A stretch of 63,933 bases of DNA, counting the filler, from Asterionella formosa (lineage: Eukaryota), in NCBI GenBank assembly GCA_002256025.1. It is 3 parts of 3 records of this genome, joined end to end, with 100 filler letters (N's around TTAATTAATTAA, not from the genome) between each part and the next. Parts side by side here need not be neighbours in the genome. Positions count along the whole stretch, not along the records: positions 1 to 30,920 come from NKIB01000776.1; 2 more parts are not named here. One strand, 5' to 3'. Position 1 is the first letter of the stretch; each line of letters starts with the position of its first letter. Position numbers and translations under genes: made by a program. A model generated the notes under the pieces. It had not been told where the DNA came from and made no database searches. It saw only the letters and a list, made by a program, of their open reading frames with translations. Below, in pieces: positions 1 to 12,132 of this stretch.

Positions 1-212
1 GTCCGGAATGAAAGTTGTTCTGGTAAGATTACTGCGCTATTTTGACGGCTATATAAGCAACGCTACTGATAACTCACACTGATCTTCCTCTACATTCAAT
101 TGACATTGCAGCAAACCCTTTCAGTGAAGGAGCATTCGCATGCCGTTCCGAATGAGCAGGCTTTATTTCATTAATGAAACTCTTCAATTTAGTTGAATGA
201 GCTCCAGAAAAT

Positions 213-397
213 TACGTAAACAAATTTAACACATTAAGTGAACTTTATTCTAGAATTATGTGAACGAAATTACAGAATTACGTGAAGGATTTCAAATAAT
301 TATGTGAAGTATTTCAAATAATTATGTGAAGTATTTCAAATAATTATGTGAAGTATTTCAAATAATTATGTGAAGTATTTCAAATAATTATGTGAAG
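213..397. repeat. 22-bp tandem minisatellite (TATGTGAAGTATTTCAAATAAT)
   Basis: Four perfect units at 301-388 plus a partial unit to 397. Progressively more degenerate units start at 279, 257, 235 and 213. Confidence 0.9.
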
Positions 398-1653
398 GTG
401 ATCACGTAATATAGTGATGATCAGGAATGCATGCATGATACTTTGATCAAATATTTAACGTGATGTATTCAGATAATATATAGACATGTTCAACTACGTA
501 TTTTGATGTATTCAACTAATTCATGTGATGCATTCAAAATCAACTAGGCTTATTTACGTGATGGTCACTTCACGTAATACGCGGCTTAGATGTATAGTAA
601 AAAACACGCCTGGATTTTATATTGAAAACAATCAACTGATGGCTGAGTTAACCAATTCACTTGCATGATGAAATTTTAATCTGTTGTGTCTTCCTCAATT
701 CTGTGTGATTCATACATTCAGAGCATTGTTCTATCAACTGCGTGGCAACCCATCGGTCCCATGCTTGTTCCGCCTACTAAATAGAGCTCTTGGATCCCTT
801 GAGTGTCATTGACTCCATATGACGTTTTTCTCCTTCTCAGTTCATCTTCTAGAATGGCTTCTGTTACTGAAATCACTCCATCTGCCCTAACAAACCGATA
901 ATAATACATGACAGGAAGGTCAATTAATCGATCTAGCGGGAAGGCTAGAAGCAGAGACAAGAGAGAAAGTAAGTGGTACTAGGTAGTACTATGAGCATGT
1001 AAGAGTCTACGTGAAGAGAGACCCAGCCCGGGGGAAGGAGTACGGACCATTTCAGCACAGACTTGCCGCACAAGATGAAGTCTGACGCGTGGTTTGAATA
1101 TAATAATAACCTCTAGTTCTCTTTTTAATTTGAAGAACTCTAGCGCCTGTCCTGCGTCACGTTAACAATTGTAGCAAAATGCATGGCAGGAACGCACTTG
1201 CAGGACTCCCTATGTGTGTATACCAGGTCCTTTTGTGACCAAAATCTTTGTTGAAGAATGCATCTTCCGTTTTGCTTTCTTTTCTTGTACTGTACAGAAA
1301 ATAATTCGAGTCGTGTTGGGGGGAACAAAATCAGCTCAAGTCATATTGTTTGATGCGAGCGACAGGAACGACATACCGCGTGTATGCTAACTACATATTG
1401 TACGATGAGAACACTAAATTTGGTTGTAGCTCGCAAGTTCGCTCTGAATAACGAGCATGGTTGATCCCAACTTCCAATTCAGTCATGAAGCATCGGGATC
1501 AAAGAAATTCAAGATAAAACCCCATAATCTGTTAGATTCAACTACCTGGTACCGGTACCGGTGCATACTATCGGTATAGGACTCACGTTTGTATCCAAAA
1601 ACTGCCCTTCTTGTTACAACTACCGTACCGGTACACAAGTACTCAATTCCCCC

Positions 1654-2295
1654 ATGGAGCATATGATCGCTCCTGCCCAGTTTCCGGACGAAGACAACTT
1701 GGTCGACCTCGTGCTTAACTTCGATGAGCTAGTGGCCTCATTGAGCCTGAGCATATCGCCCGACGATGGCATGGATTCTGTCTTGGAGAGCAGTCAAGAG
1801 GTTGGATGTCACGATGGATTCGTTTCTCGACGATTCACACATTTAGAGGGTATACAAAATGCTCGAACGCTCATGGATCTTCCCCCTTTTCCACTGTGTT
1901 CGACTCGACGCCAACAACCTCGCTATCGACGTCCGCTTTGCACGTTTCTCAACTTTCGTGGCACTCGGCGCTACGATTTGAAGGCTCATACGCTGCAATC
2001 ACAGCAACTTTCAATCTCTAGCACCTCATCCGTTCCTTCGCTCGACAGCGAAAACAGTGAACACTTTACTAAACGCAGGCGAATGGACGACTATCAATTT
2101 CTCGGCGAATGGTGCCATGATCCGATCGCAACAGAGTGTCAGAGACCAGCGGTTGCTTCGTCACTTCAAAACGACGCTATAATGATTGAGTTATCAAAAA
2201 CAATCGAAAAATTGAACCAAGATCTTGTCCAGACTGAGATTGCTATACGAGATTTTGCAAGTGAACAGCCAGTTGTAATGCATGGTGCTCCATAA
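1654..2295 (+). CDS. Hypothetical protein (~213 aa)
   Basis: First in-frame ATG of the 1561-2295 ORF is at 1654. Coding-like composition, basic KRRR motif, possible C-terminal coiled coil; no family recognised. Confidence 0.55.
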   Translation: MEHMIAPAQFPDEDNLVDLVLNFDELVASLSLSISPDDGMDSVLESSQEVGCHDGFVSRRFTHLEGIQNARTLMDLPPFPLCSTRRQQPRYRRPLCTFLNFRGTRRYDLKAHTLQSQQLSISSTSSVPSLDSENSEHFTKRRRMDDYQFLGEWCHDPIATECQRPAVASSLQNDAIMIELSKTIEKLNQDLVQTEIAIRDFASEQPVVMHGAP

Positions 2296-2810
2296 ATCGA
2301 TCAATGCCTTGTCACCCCCCCTCCCCCCCCCTGATATGTTTCACCGATGTCTTCATGTGGTGAAACCTGTCGATCACCAAGACAATCATCAAGACCATTT
2401 CTAGTATATTCGTTAGTGCCTAGATCGAAGCCTGTGTATGGCTCACAATTTCGTTTTGCCTACAGTGGCTCCAGAAAAGCAGTAATCCTTCATGTTAAGA
2501 AGCTCCTCTTCAGATTTGTTAACGCCTGCTCTTGAAGAGTAAGAATGACCAGAGCTATACTATATGTTAAGTGTATAAAAAGAGCATAGTTTACAATTTC
2601 ACACAAACGTCTCGAACATGAATAATAAATTTCCATTGCATCACTAGCTTCATCTGATATCATCAAACTAGGAAAACTTGAATGGATTAGCAAACGGTTT
2701 CACCAAGAGTCCATAACTATAAATTTAATGTGCCGATCATAACAAGCACGAGGCATTGATTGTATTAGTGTTGGGGATGGTCATTTGACTGCTAACGCAT
2801 ATTGTATAGC

Positions 2811-5800
2811 TCAAACGCGGCCGCGATATGGCTCCGTTTCAGAAACTTCAATACAATGATTTCGTTCCTGTAGTCTCTTTTGTTCTTTCTGAGACCATCT
2901 TTGATAGATCCAGTTGGCAATAAAAATTCCTAATTCACCAGACGTCAAAGCCTTCATGTCATTTTCTTCTTCGCGACGATTATAGACGTATCCCAAAAAG
3001 AGCTGCGTCTGCACCACGGCTTCTTGAAAAGCTAATTCACCACGAACAGGGTTTAGGAACAATTCCGAAGAGAAGGTAAACCTATCGCCATCCAAGCTAA
3101 CATATTTCTTCCATGCAGATCCACTTGTTCCCATGTCACTGCAAAGACGATTGAAATGTTGCTTTAGGGCCAAACAAACAGAATGAAGTGTCAATGATTC
3201 CTGCGGATTGAGACCATGTCGAATAAACGTCTGAAAATTCCTTAATCCTGACTGAGGATTATCGTGGCAGAATAGTTGCAATCTCGTTGTCAAAAACATG
3301 AGTTGTTCAAGTAAAGGAGGATCGAGGGTTAACATGCATGAAACACCCTCTTCTGGTGTAATGTGAAGAGTGTTTGTGGTTAAATTCAGAAGACTCATTC
3401 CATCCGCCATTGCAACTACAGTCCGTTCATCGTTTTTGACCTCCACGGCACGAGCCGCATCGTTCACAACCATACCAGCCACAAAGGGGACAGGTGAGTT
3501 GAGAAAGTCCAGCATCTTTCGAGGCAGTATCGGCATAAAGGCTGATGCCCATTCAAAAGGTTTCAGCAATTCAATGAGGGCACAGGCACAAGCAGTGACG
3601 TCTTGCAAGTCACTACCTAAGACCAAAATTGATCGCTCTAGCAATAAAAGCTTGAGAATGAAGAGGAGGGATTCAGGGCCTAAATCCAAGAGAATCTTGG
3701 CTAGGCCCCATTGACTTCCGACCTGTGGTAGCGGCAGCGGTAGTCTAATGTCGTCAGAATTTGCCAACTCCGGAAAGGAGGCAGAGAAATATTGCTGCTT
3801 CCCTGATACATGAAGTAGCTGACTTCTTGGAAACGAAACTAGAGATTGTCGAGTCGTTAGGCGAAGTTGACAAAGCATGGAAGAAATAATGGCATGCCGT
3901 CGACTTATCTGCTCTTGTTCGACTTTACGTGATTCCGTTACCAGCGTACTTCTCAATTTCATGTTTCCCTTGTCGCTCGACGATTTCAAAAATTCCATAA
4001 CTTCGTTCCGTTCAAAATTTACAAGTTGCTGAAGAGGGCCAAGGAGAAGAACGTGTTCATCGGGTTGGCAGCCGACCAAGGTGTAGCATTTCTCAACAAT
4101 ACAGACGAACCCCTTCTTCTCGTTCATTTTCATAAAATCGTATGACTCTTTCCCCTTTACCTTGGCCCATTCAGTTGGACTATCTTTGTCAAATTTTCTC
4201 ACCGAATGACTGGTGATATCTTCTCGGAATGAAGAACTTGAAACTCTTGATTGATTTGATCCACCTCTAGACTTTGCACTTCCTTGGGATGGTAGATGGG
4301 GCGAACCGCTATTATGCATTCGAAACCTTCGCAGATTTATACCAGACGCCTTTTCAGTTTCGCGAGGATCATCTTCCTCCTCCGAATTGGGGGAATGGGA
4401 ACTTCCACCAGACCGCAACATCGCGTTTCGAGTAACATTGGTCACTTCCAATGTTTCCGCTTTTGATCGTTGCCTTGAAGGGCGGGAACGAGCATCTCTA
4501 CCTTTTTCCTTTCCCGTTCGACTCAGTATACTTCGTAACTTCTCCTGAATTCGACTTGATGACGATGTTAACATGGACTTTCCATGTCCAGATTTGCGAC
4601 TAGATTCAGTTTGAGGAATCCGTCCGAGTGTCCTAGCCAAAATTCGGATCTCTCCAGCAGTCAATGCGGCTTTGAGTTCTTCTACAAAGAGATTTTCAAA
4701 GCCAGAGATTTGTAATGCTTCCAACAATATTCGATTCTCGAACTGCATCTTGAACCATCGAGAAATCTTGGTGGCTGCCAGACGCCTTTGGTGCCTTTCC
4801 AAAATTGTGGGTAACAATGCCATCCGTTCACCGTTGGCCAGTACAATTTCTTGCTGGATCGTTATGGCAACCCCATGATCGCATTCCCCCGCTTCATTAG
4901 TAAATAGTAAAATATGACAACGATCTCCGTTGGGTCCCACTAAACCCAGTCGTTCTGCGCCTTCCAGGCACGCCTTGGGCAAGAAGCGTATTCGCAGGCC
5001 TTCTGGAAAGCAAAATGCCGACAATGCAGGAGGATCCATTTTGTGTTCACTGGGGAAGCAATCTAAGAATTGGACATTTTTGAATACAAACGCATCCATA
5101 TTCCGTGGTCCATCATCATACAGCATGCGGTCATCATGGAGTCTTCGAAGGATCAGTTCAAGAGGCAAACTTAGCAAAGCAAACTGGTGAAAGGCTGGCC
5201 TATTTGTCAACTCAGGCCAGTGCTGCGTAGCATTTGTATCATCCATAGTCCCAATGCTAGCCACTGATTGTCTCGCAACAGACGCAGTCACTACATTGTC
5301 ATACGAAGTCTTCCGTCGCGTGGATTGTCGTTTGGATGGAGACGACAAAACCAAATGTTCGACTGGAGGTGAGTCTAACGACAGGTTGCAAGGAGTAATG
5401 TTGTCACTGTCTAGTGTTTCCACTTGGTAATATATTTTCTCCAATGAATCCGAGTTTGCGATTGGCATTGTGTACTTTTTATATGGGGCTGTTTCAATGT
5501 TGATCGCAGTAATTTCTGTATTCCTAACTTTCTGATCATTGTCCATGTCCAGTTCCTCGTCCGTTCCATCATATGGACGTCTCATGTTGATGGATTTTTT
5601 GGGTTGTTTGTACATGGTAGATTTAGCAGCACATGCTGCTGCTGCTGCTGTAGCTGCTGCTGTAGTTGCTTGCAGTTCATGTGCATACTCCTCCTCCTCT
5701 TCATTGTCATCGTTGTCCGAATATTGAGGTTCCATCGACGACGATTTCGTAAGTAGCACCATGGTATGCTTTGTTCTTGTCATTGAGTGTATACTTGGAA

Positions 5801-6275
5801 ACGTCTGATTATTGTTAGTATCTTGCTGCGTCTCCATGGACCAAGTCCTGTTACGTGTCGATTGATGCCTTTTATTCGTAGACGTCATAATGTGTCCCTG
5901 CGACAATGATACAGAAGGAATACAACCGGCACGTCTCTCCAAAAGTGATGTTGGCCCGAAGGAAACCACAGACGTTTCGTCATCATCATCATCATCATCG
6001 TCATCTCCAAACACTCCGTCATTCGAGGAATGAGATGACTTGGATTGATACGGGCGATTGTCCATCGGAAACAGGAGAGTCGTACCGGTAGTTGTAGGAT
6101 CCAAAAACAGTGGTCGCTGTGGTACCGGTAACACTTCATCGTCCTCTAAATCATCACCAGATACATGATTCATCATGCTTGAATCGCTTTTATCAAAACT
6201 TGCATTCGAATGTAGTCGTGGTGGCAATGATTGTCGATGTATTCGATCCTCCATGAGATTTGGGAAATTGTTCAT
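2811..6275 (-). CDS. DENN-domain protein (putative Rab GEF), 1154 aa
   Basis: uDENN-like FLDCFP...LSAFCFPEG, cDENN LLLERSILVLG...LLKPFEWASAFMPILP...FLNSPVPFVAGM, and dDENN-like VVQTQLFLGYV. Low-complexity acidic N-terminus. Confidence 0.88.
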   Translation of the reverse strand: MNNFPNLMEDRIHRQSLPPRLHSNASFDKSDSSMMNHVSGDDLEDDEVLPVPQRPLFLDPTTTGTTLLFPMDNRPYQSKSSHSSNDGVFGDDDDDDDDDETSVVSFGPTSLLERRAGCIPSVSLSQGHIMTSTNKRHQSTRNRTWSMETQQDTNNNQTFPSIHSMTRTKHTMVLLTKSSSMEPQYSDNDDNEEEEEYAHELQATTAAATAAAAACAAKSTMYKQPKKSINMRRPYDGTDEELDMDNDQKVRNTEITAINIETAPYKKYTMPIANSDSLEKIYYQVETLDSDNITPCNLSLDSPPVEHLVLSSPSKRQSTRRKTSYDNVVTASVARQSVASIGTMDDTNATQHWPELTNRPAFHQFALLSLPLELILRRLHDDRMLYDDGPRNMDAFVFKNVQFLDCFPSEHKMDPPALSAFCFPEGLRIRFLPKACLEGAERLGLVGPNGDRCHILLFTNEAGECDHGVAITIQQEIVLANGERMALLPTILERHQRRLAATKISRWFKMQFENRILLEALQISGFENLFVEELKAALTAGEIRILARTLGRIPQTESSRKSGHGKSMLTSSSSRIQEKLRSILSRTGKEKGRDARSRPSRQRSKAETLEVTNVTRNAMLRSGGSSHSPNSEEEDDPRETEKASGINLRRFRMHNSGSPHLPSQGSAKSRGGSNQSRVSSSSFREDITSHSVRKFDKDSPTEWAKVKGKESYDFMKMNEKKGFVCIVEKCYTLVGCQPDEHVLLLGPLQQLVNFERNEVMEFLKSSSDKGNMKLRSTLVTESRKVEQEQISRRHAIISSMLCQLRLTTRQSLVSFPRSQLLHVSGKQQYFSASFPELANSDDIRLPLPLPQVGSQWGLAKILLDLGPESLLFILKLLLLERSILVLGSDLQDVTACACALIELLKPFEWASAFMPILPRKMLDFLNSPVPFVAGMVVNDAARAVEVKNDERTVVAMADGMSLLNLTTNTLHITPEEGVSCMLTLDPPLLEQLMFLTTRLQLFCHDNPQSGLRNFQTFIRHGLNPQESLTLHSVCLALKQHFNRLCSDMGTSGSAWKKYVSLDGDRFTFSSELFLNPVRGELAFQEAVVQTQLFLGYVYNRREEENDMKALTSGELGIFIANWIYQRWSQKEQKRLQERNHCIEVSETEPYRGRV

Positions 6276-7541
6276 AATGGCTAGCTACGTACCAAAGATA
6301 TACCCAGTATACAGTTGTCGCATGCGAAGCCCCTGATAATAGCAAACGACAAACCAAGTACGGAATATACAATGTGACGGTACTTTGGAATTTCTCCAAA
6401 TCGACCCTACCCCCGCCGCCGCCCTTGGAGAAAATCCAATTTGTGTAATACTACTGGTGTAACTACGGAACAGCAAGTATAGTAAGTAAATCGTTGTTGT
6501 TTAATAATCCGCCAAATCCTGTCTAGCAGGAAGAAATTTGGGTCTCTGATTGAGACAAGCCACAGGAGCAGGATATCGGTATGTACCGGTACGATGATTC
6601 TGATTGAGAGGTGATGTGTAATTTTTGTGCCGGTATGGTACCAGGGTACCAGGGTACCAGGTACCCCACTTCCTTCAAGTCGACCTTCATTATGTGATAT
6701 CATATACCGAACGTAGTGAGTTTGTAAGTCGCTCGGCTTGAGCTGCTGTGATGGCAGACAAAGACGAAACGAATACACTAATAAAAAACATGCCATCAGA
6801 AGAATTACCGGTACGGTATACCAATTCCTACCAGGGACTCGGTACTTTGGCTGCAATTTTTGGGGCCACGATCGGTGCAGACCTCGCGGTGGGCCTACGG
6901 TACATACTGGGTAAAATTAGCATAAACCCTAGCCCTATTTTGTATATAATATTTTGCGCCTTTTCTTTGTTTGCACTTTGTACATAACCAGTAGTACTAT
7001 GGCATCATGTCATGAAGACACCCTACTATAAGCTTGAATTCATCCAGTCTTTGGACAAAGCAGGCAGGCAGGGTGTGTACATATTTCATAAGATAGGTCT
7101 ACTTTATATTTTGTCAGAATATCAGCCAGTATTACTACTAGGATCTGGCAAGAAGCAAACTGTAGAAAGGAACTTTGGTCTTTTTTCGTTTTGTGTTTCT
7201 TTTTCCTTTTGAATTGCGCTTTTTAGATCTACAAAACAAGGTAATAAGTTGTTACAAAGGCCACAAATAGTTTGTTTCCTAGTAGTATAGTATATTCTTT
7301 GACAAATGAATTAACAAAATTTTTTCAAACACACACACACACACATTTTTTTGGCAGCAATGTTGACCATGAAGGATTATACTACTACATGACTTGATTC
7401 CTGCTCTGTTGAAATGCTGAAAAGAATCATGGTAGATGTGATTGTTGTGGAAAAGAAGTTCTTTGACTTTTGCTAGGAAACCACCAATTATGATTTTTAT
7501 TGTTGATTATATTCTTAGTATATCCCTGACCAGCAGCCAGC

Positions 7542-9044
7542 CAGCCAGGCAGCACCAACCACTCCAATTTCTGCGAAAAGACAGACACCACAACTGGAGA
7601 GCGGCATGGTGTCGTTGCTCTTGTTTTTTAATAAATGTGTCGAACTTTAGGACAACATGTAACAAAATTATATACAAAGCGAGCTGAATACATGCATGTC
7701 AGTCACCTCACTTCCAATAGATATAGAACACAATTTACGTAGATGGATTGAAGTAGAATTACTAGTAGTAAAATGAATGAAATAGTAAAATAACTCATCA
7801 CTGCTACTAGAACTAGATCGTTTGGAAGTTGGTTTGAAACTAGTGTACACTTCGTTTGGGTACTTGTTCTTCAATAGGGGGGATCAAAACATCTTCAAAC
7901 AACAGTCAGGAAGTTAGATCTGAACATCTTTTCCCAGCCAGTCCAATAGTCCACAGAAAACACTGATTAAAAGTTTGTACAGAAGATTGCATACTCTTGA
8001 TACCGTAATGTCTTTATCCTTCTTCAACCTGGTAAGAATGGATTTACCTTCCAAGAATTTTACCACCAACTCTTCGACTTCATCCCATTGGCACTGACAT
8101 TCAGGGAAACCAAAATCGCAGCATTTTCAGAAGATGAGACTCTCACATCCCTCCATATCCGACTCTAAAATCAACCGGCGGTCTTGGTAGATAGGACAAC
8201 TATCATGACTGTAGTTGAATTTGTCATTGCCCTTGTCATCCTTGTGATATGTAATTTCGCTCATGGTTGATTGTTGCGGTTTTTTGTTCCTTACTGGTAG
8301 TCATCAGCAATATTGCAAATCTGGAATATACGATTTCTAATTATCTACACAGGATATGGTAGACAAGTTCATAAAGTATTAGGAGTACCAGTATTTTATT
8401 TTTTAGTAAGGGGGTTGTTAGTTGGTTAGCACGTCTTCATAGTCAGCCAGGCAGCACCAACCACTCCAATTTCTGCGAAAAGACAGACACCACAACTGGA
8501 GAGTGGCATGGTGTCGTTGCTCTTGTTTTTTATAAATGTGTTGAACTTTAGGACAACATTTAATAAAATTATATACAAAGCGAGCTGAATGCATGCATGT
8601 CAGTCACCTCACTTCCAATAGATATAGAACACAATTTACGTAGATGGATTGAAGTAGAATTACTAGTAAAATGAATGAAATAGTAAAATAACTCATCACT
8701 GCTACTAGAACTAGATCGTTTGGAAGTTGGTTTGAAACTAGTGTACACTTCGTTTGGGTACTTGTTCTTCAATAGGGGGGATCAAAACATCTTCAAACAA
8801 CAGTCAGAAAGGTAGATCCGAACACCTTTTCCCAGCCAGTCCAATAGTCCACAGAAAACACTGATTAAAAGTTTGTACAGAAGATTGCATACTCTTGATA
8901 CCGTAATGTCTTTATCCTTCTTCAACCTGGTAAGAATGGATTTACCTTCCAAGAATTTCTCCACCAACTCTTCGACTTCATTCCATTGGCACTGACATTC
9001 AGGGCAACAAAAATCGCAGCATTTGCAGAAGATGAGACTCTCAC
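7542..9044. repeat. Direct duplication of ~600 bp (7542-8146 and 8444-9044)
   Basis: Near-identical copies, both starting CAGCCAGGCAGCACCAACC and ending GATGAGACTCTCAC; few substitutions and small indels. Confidence 0.95.
7800..8264 (-). pseudogene. Decayed small Cys-containing ORF with a P2X7-ballast/Nanor-like C-terminal motif (second partial copy ~8700-9044)
   Basis: ATG at 8264 reads MSEITYH...KCCDFGFPECQCQW...LYKLLISVFCGLLDWLGKDVQI*LPDCCLKMF*SPLLKNKYPNEVYTSFK. In-frame stops differ between the two copies. Confidence 0.45.
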
Positions 9045-10559
9045 GACCCGATCGGCTTTTGCAACAGGCGCCAAAATATTGGAATCAAAATTCGCACGTG
9101 CAAAACGTAATTGCAGTCATAGGAGTCTTGCGTAGATACGTTTGCCTGCAGAATTCTCTATCCGAAAAGACTGCATGATAAGCAAGTTCCCGCGTCGCTA
9201 CACATATTCAAATAGCTAAATTAAATTTTCTCACCTATTCCAGATTGGCTGGAGACGGGAGATCTTGTAAAATCACCCTAGCCACACTGGAACCACATGT
9301 ACTATATTTTTTTAATACTGGAAAGTATAATCAGTAATAGTTTTTCCATCATCATGAACAAAGATTATATACTACGTCCTGATTTTCTGGTGTAAATATG
9401 TTTTTGGGCGTTGAGAAATATTAAATATACATCCAGCAACGTTGATATAACATAAACGTATAGATATCATTTCTGTTGTTTGAAAACGAGCCATGATTTT
9501 ATACTATACTGGCATACAACTGATTTATACATGTTTTTTGGTGTGTAATATCACATCTACATCCACCAACAAAGATGTCATTATATGAACGTGCAAATAT
9601 CATTCTTGTTTTTTGAAATGGAACTTTGTCAATTGAAATTGACGCTTGAATTTGTTTTTGTCGTCATATGCTCAGTTAAGAACACATAAACCAATTAGAA
9701 AAATTATTGATTCCATGGTGGCTCATTTGATAACTTATGTTTTATACTTATTTCTATCTTTAAGTCAATATTTTTTATAGCATTAGTGCTAGCATACTAG
9801 CTACAGGATTGATTCATTGGGCTCCATGACCAAGAACACTTGGTGGGGCGGTGGAGAGGTTTGGGTTGGTCACTCCCTCATGTAGGAGTCTTTTTTAAAA
9901 AGGTTTGCCAAGTGTTTGTAACCAGGTTCATGAATAACGGTCTGTCTGGATCTGATTTAGATGCGTGGACATCGTCAAAATCCTTTTTCAATGTAATGAT
10001 GCTGTTGGGTGGATTTCGATCATTTAGGTCTATCTACATGATTTTTTGTCAATTCTTGTGGTTCTTTCATCTGCCTATGCATCATAGCGTGGCGTATATT
10101 GTGTAGCTGCAGTGGCGCTGAATCGCAATCATTTGATGTTGTATCTGCAAATATGCATCTCCCTCCATGATGAGAGGGTCCTGACATGATCGTACTTATT
10201 TCTATCTTCTGCAAAAATAGATGAGAAAACGTGAACCAACAAAATTTCTGAAAAGGTTGAACAGCTCACCAAGATGCAAGAAAATATGTCAACGTATTTT
10301 TTGAACTGATTTTTAAATTATGTACTAATTGTCATGGTTAATATTCATATGGAATTTTTAGTAGATCATTTCAAAATTGAATTTAAACATATATGCAGAT
10401 ATACAAGAATATGGCATTGCTTATTCTTTACGTGACTAGAAAATTTGCGTCGCATGAATAGCCAAAAATTATCTGACTAACTTATTTTGCATTTTCGGAC
10501 ACTTTTGTGCAACAAAGGTATTTACTCCCTCCTTGACCTCTTATATACAATAAACCAAA

Positions 10560-11730
10560 ATAATATGCTTACTTCAAGTCAAAGCATGGCTAGATCTCTA
10601 CAGATTCCGACACTTTTGACTGGATCTCCTCTTCTTATGCTTCCACCCATCTCTTCTATGGCCTGAAACTAGAAACCATGATAAAATTCAACAATGGACA
10701 ATGGCCTACTGCCCAGACCCTGCATCGCCGGGGGAATGGCTTAGTTGGTTAGCACACCTTCTGAGGTGGTGGGTTCGATTCCTGAATTCTCCACCTGTCT
10801 TTTTCATCTACACCCTAGGGTTCTGGGATGTGTGGCTGACAGAAGCAAGACAGGTCCCATGCAATGTACCGTTAAGATGAAAAAAGAAACTGGTACTAAT
10901 TGTGTCCATTTATTTTGGCCCAGCCATGTTTGATTATTGGATAGCTTTAACATGCTATAAAACTTAATTGTCGATTTTTTACAGACCCTACACCGGCATG
11001 GTCACTGGAAATCCCTGTTATATCCTCACTGCAGCTCATATTCTGAAACCCATGATCACATGATCACGACGATGTCCTCCTCTGCTGCCCGGCATCAGTC
11101 GCTTCTTCCTATGACATCATATGTTTTCACACCAAGCTTCAGACCCCCACCCTATATTCTGCTAACACTTACTTATCATGGGCTTCAGTCCTGGGAGAAT
11201 GGGGACACCTCTCCATTATGGCCATTTTCTCCTCCCCTCGGATGTCCTCTAACTCTCACCAGTCTATGCTGCTTTCCACCAACAAACTTCGATTGGATGG
11301 AAACGCCTTCATTGGACTGCTTTCCACCAACAAACTTCAATTGGATGGAAACGCCTTCATTGGTGCCATATAGTAACCCACTCCTGGGGCCAAGCAATGA
11401 ACATCTACAACTCTCAATAATTCCCAGAGCAAATGTGCATATGATCTCACCAGTTTGATGAATGGGGGCACCTATTTGGCCTCCTCCCACCTTCCACTTC
11501 TTGCATTACCCACTCCCCCACTGCTTTGTTAGCAGCATGGATAGTAGAGATCTACAAAGCTGCTGGCTGGTCAAACTTGCCTCACTTGCCAACTCCATCA
11601 AGACCAAAGCTGGCAATTTCTTATTCGACTTGCCCTTGCCCTGCCATTCCTTCACTCCTGTCTGACCTCCTATAATTTTCGCCATATGGCCGCAGCTGTG
11701 CCCACAGATGTGACTTACCAGTATGCATAT
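10560..11730 (+). mobile_element. Degenerate 3' part of a non-LTR retrotransposon (zf-RVT-like region)
   Basis: Frameshifted motifs IKFNNGQWPTAQTLH, PHCSSYSETHDHMI and AFHQQTSIGWKRLHW are typical of LINE ORF2 C-termini. Contains a 48-bp tandem duplication at 11269-11363. Boundaries approximate. Confidence 0.6.
10730..10981 (+). mobile_element. tRNA-derived SINE candidate
   Basis: Pol III A-box TGGCTTAGTTGG and B-box GGTTCGATTCC; acceptor-like pairing GGGGAAT/ATTCTCC; T6 end at 10975-10980; flanked by 16-bp direct repeats matching at 13/16 positions. Confidence 0.65.
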
Positions 11731-11910
11731 GTAACAGCAAACTCTCCAGGCATGCTACCAGGTACTGGTACCTGGTACCAAGTACCGGGACCCCTTGGTG
11801 CCTTGTACCGGCATTACCGGTAGTCGAGGTCCTCAACGCTTTTCTTCATAATACTGTACTTTACATATATGTATTCTAAAAATGAATTTACCAGTATACT
11901 GGTGGTACCT

Positions 11911-12000
11911 GCAAGTTGCGGTAATTGTGCTAAAACTAAAAGTTTAGCTATCTTTATCCGATATTAAATTGTTTATTTAAGCAAAATGACCGCAACTTGC
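11911..12000. mobile_element. 90-bp MITE with GCAAGTTGCGGT(A/C)ATT terminal inverted repeats
   Basis: Starts GCAAGTTGCGGTAATT and ends AATGACCGCAACTTGC; homologous copy at 24044-24132. Confidence 0.75.
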
Positions 12001-12132
12001 TGGTTTTACACTCATCGTTGCAAGTTGCAAGAGTCGCTACCTGATGGTATCCGTATATATGTCAATGTTTGGACCATTACTATTTTTTGGTGTTTCTGAA
12101 ATTGAATCATCAGGACAACGAGGATCTTGCAA

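Noticed and set aside
213..397. Possible CRISPR array or telomeric repeat
   Set aside because: Head-to-tail units without unique spacers, and no TTAGGG-like motif.
718..1328. Short minus-strand ORFs near the window start
   Set aside because: Non-ATG starts and no motifs; possibly repeat debris.
3370..6139. Short overlapping ORFs in the DENN gene, and similar ones over other long genes
   Set aside because: Antisense or alternative-frame shadows of well-supported CDSs.
9045..10560. AT-rich stretch as a discrete transposon
   Set aside because: No convincing TIR pair, TSD or coding motif found.
10730..10795. Functional tRNA gene
   Set aside because: The anticodon loop is only 4 nt and the T-stem pairs poorly; better explained as a SINE head.
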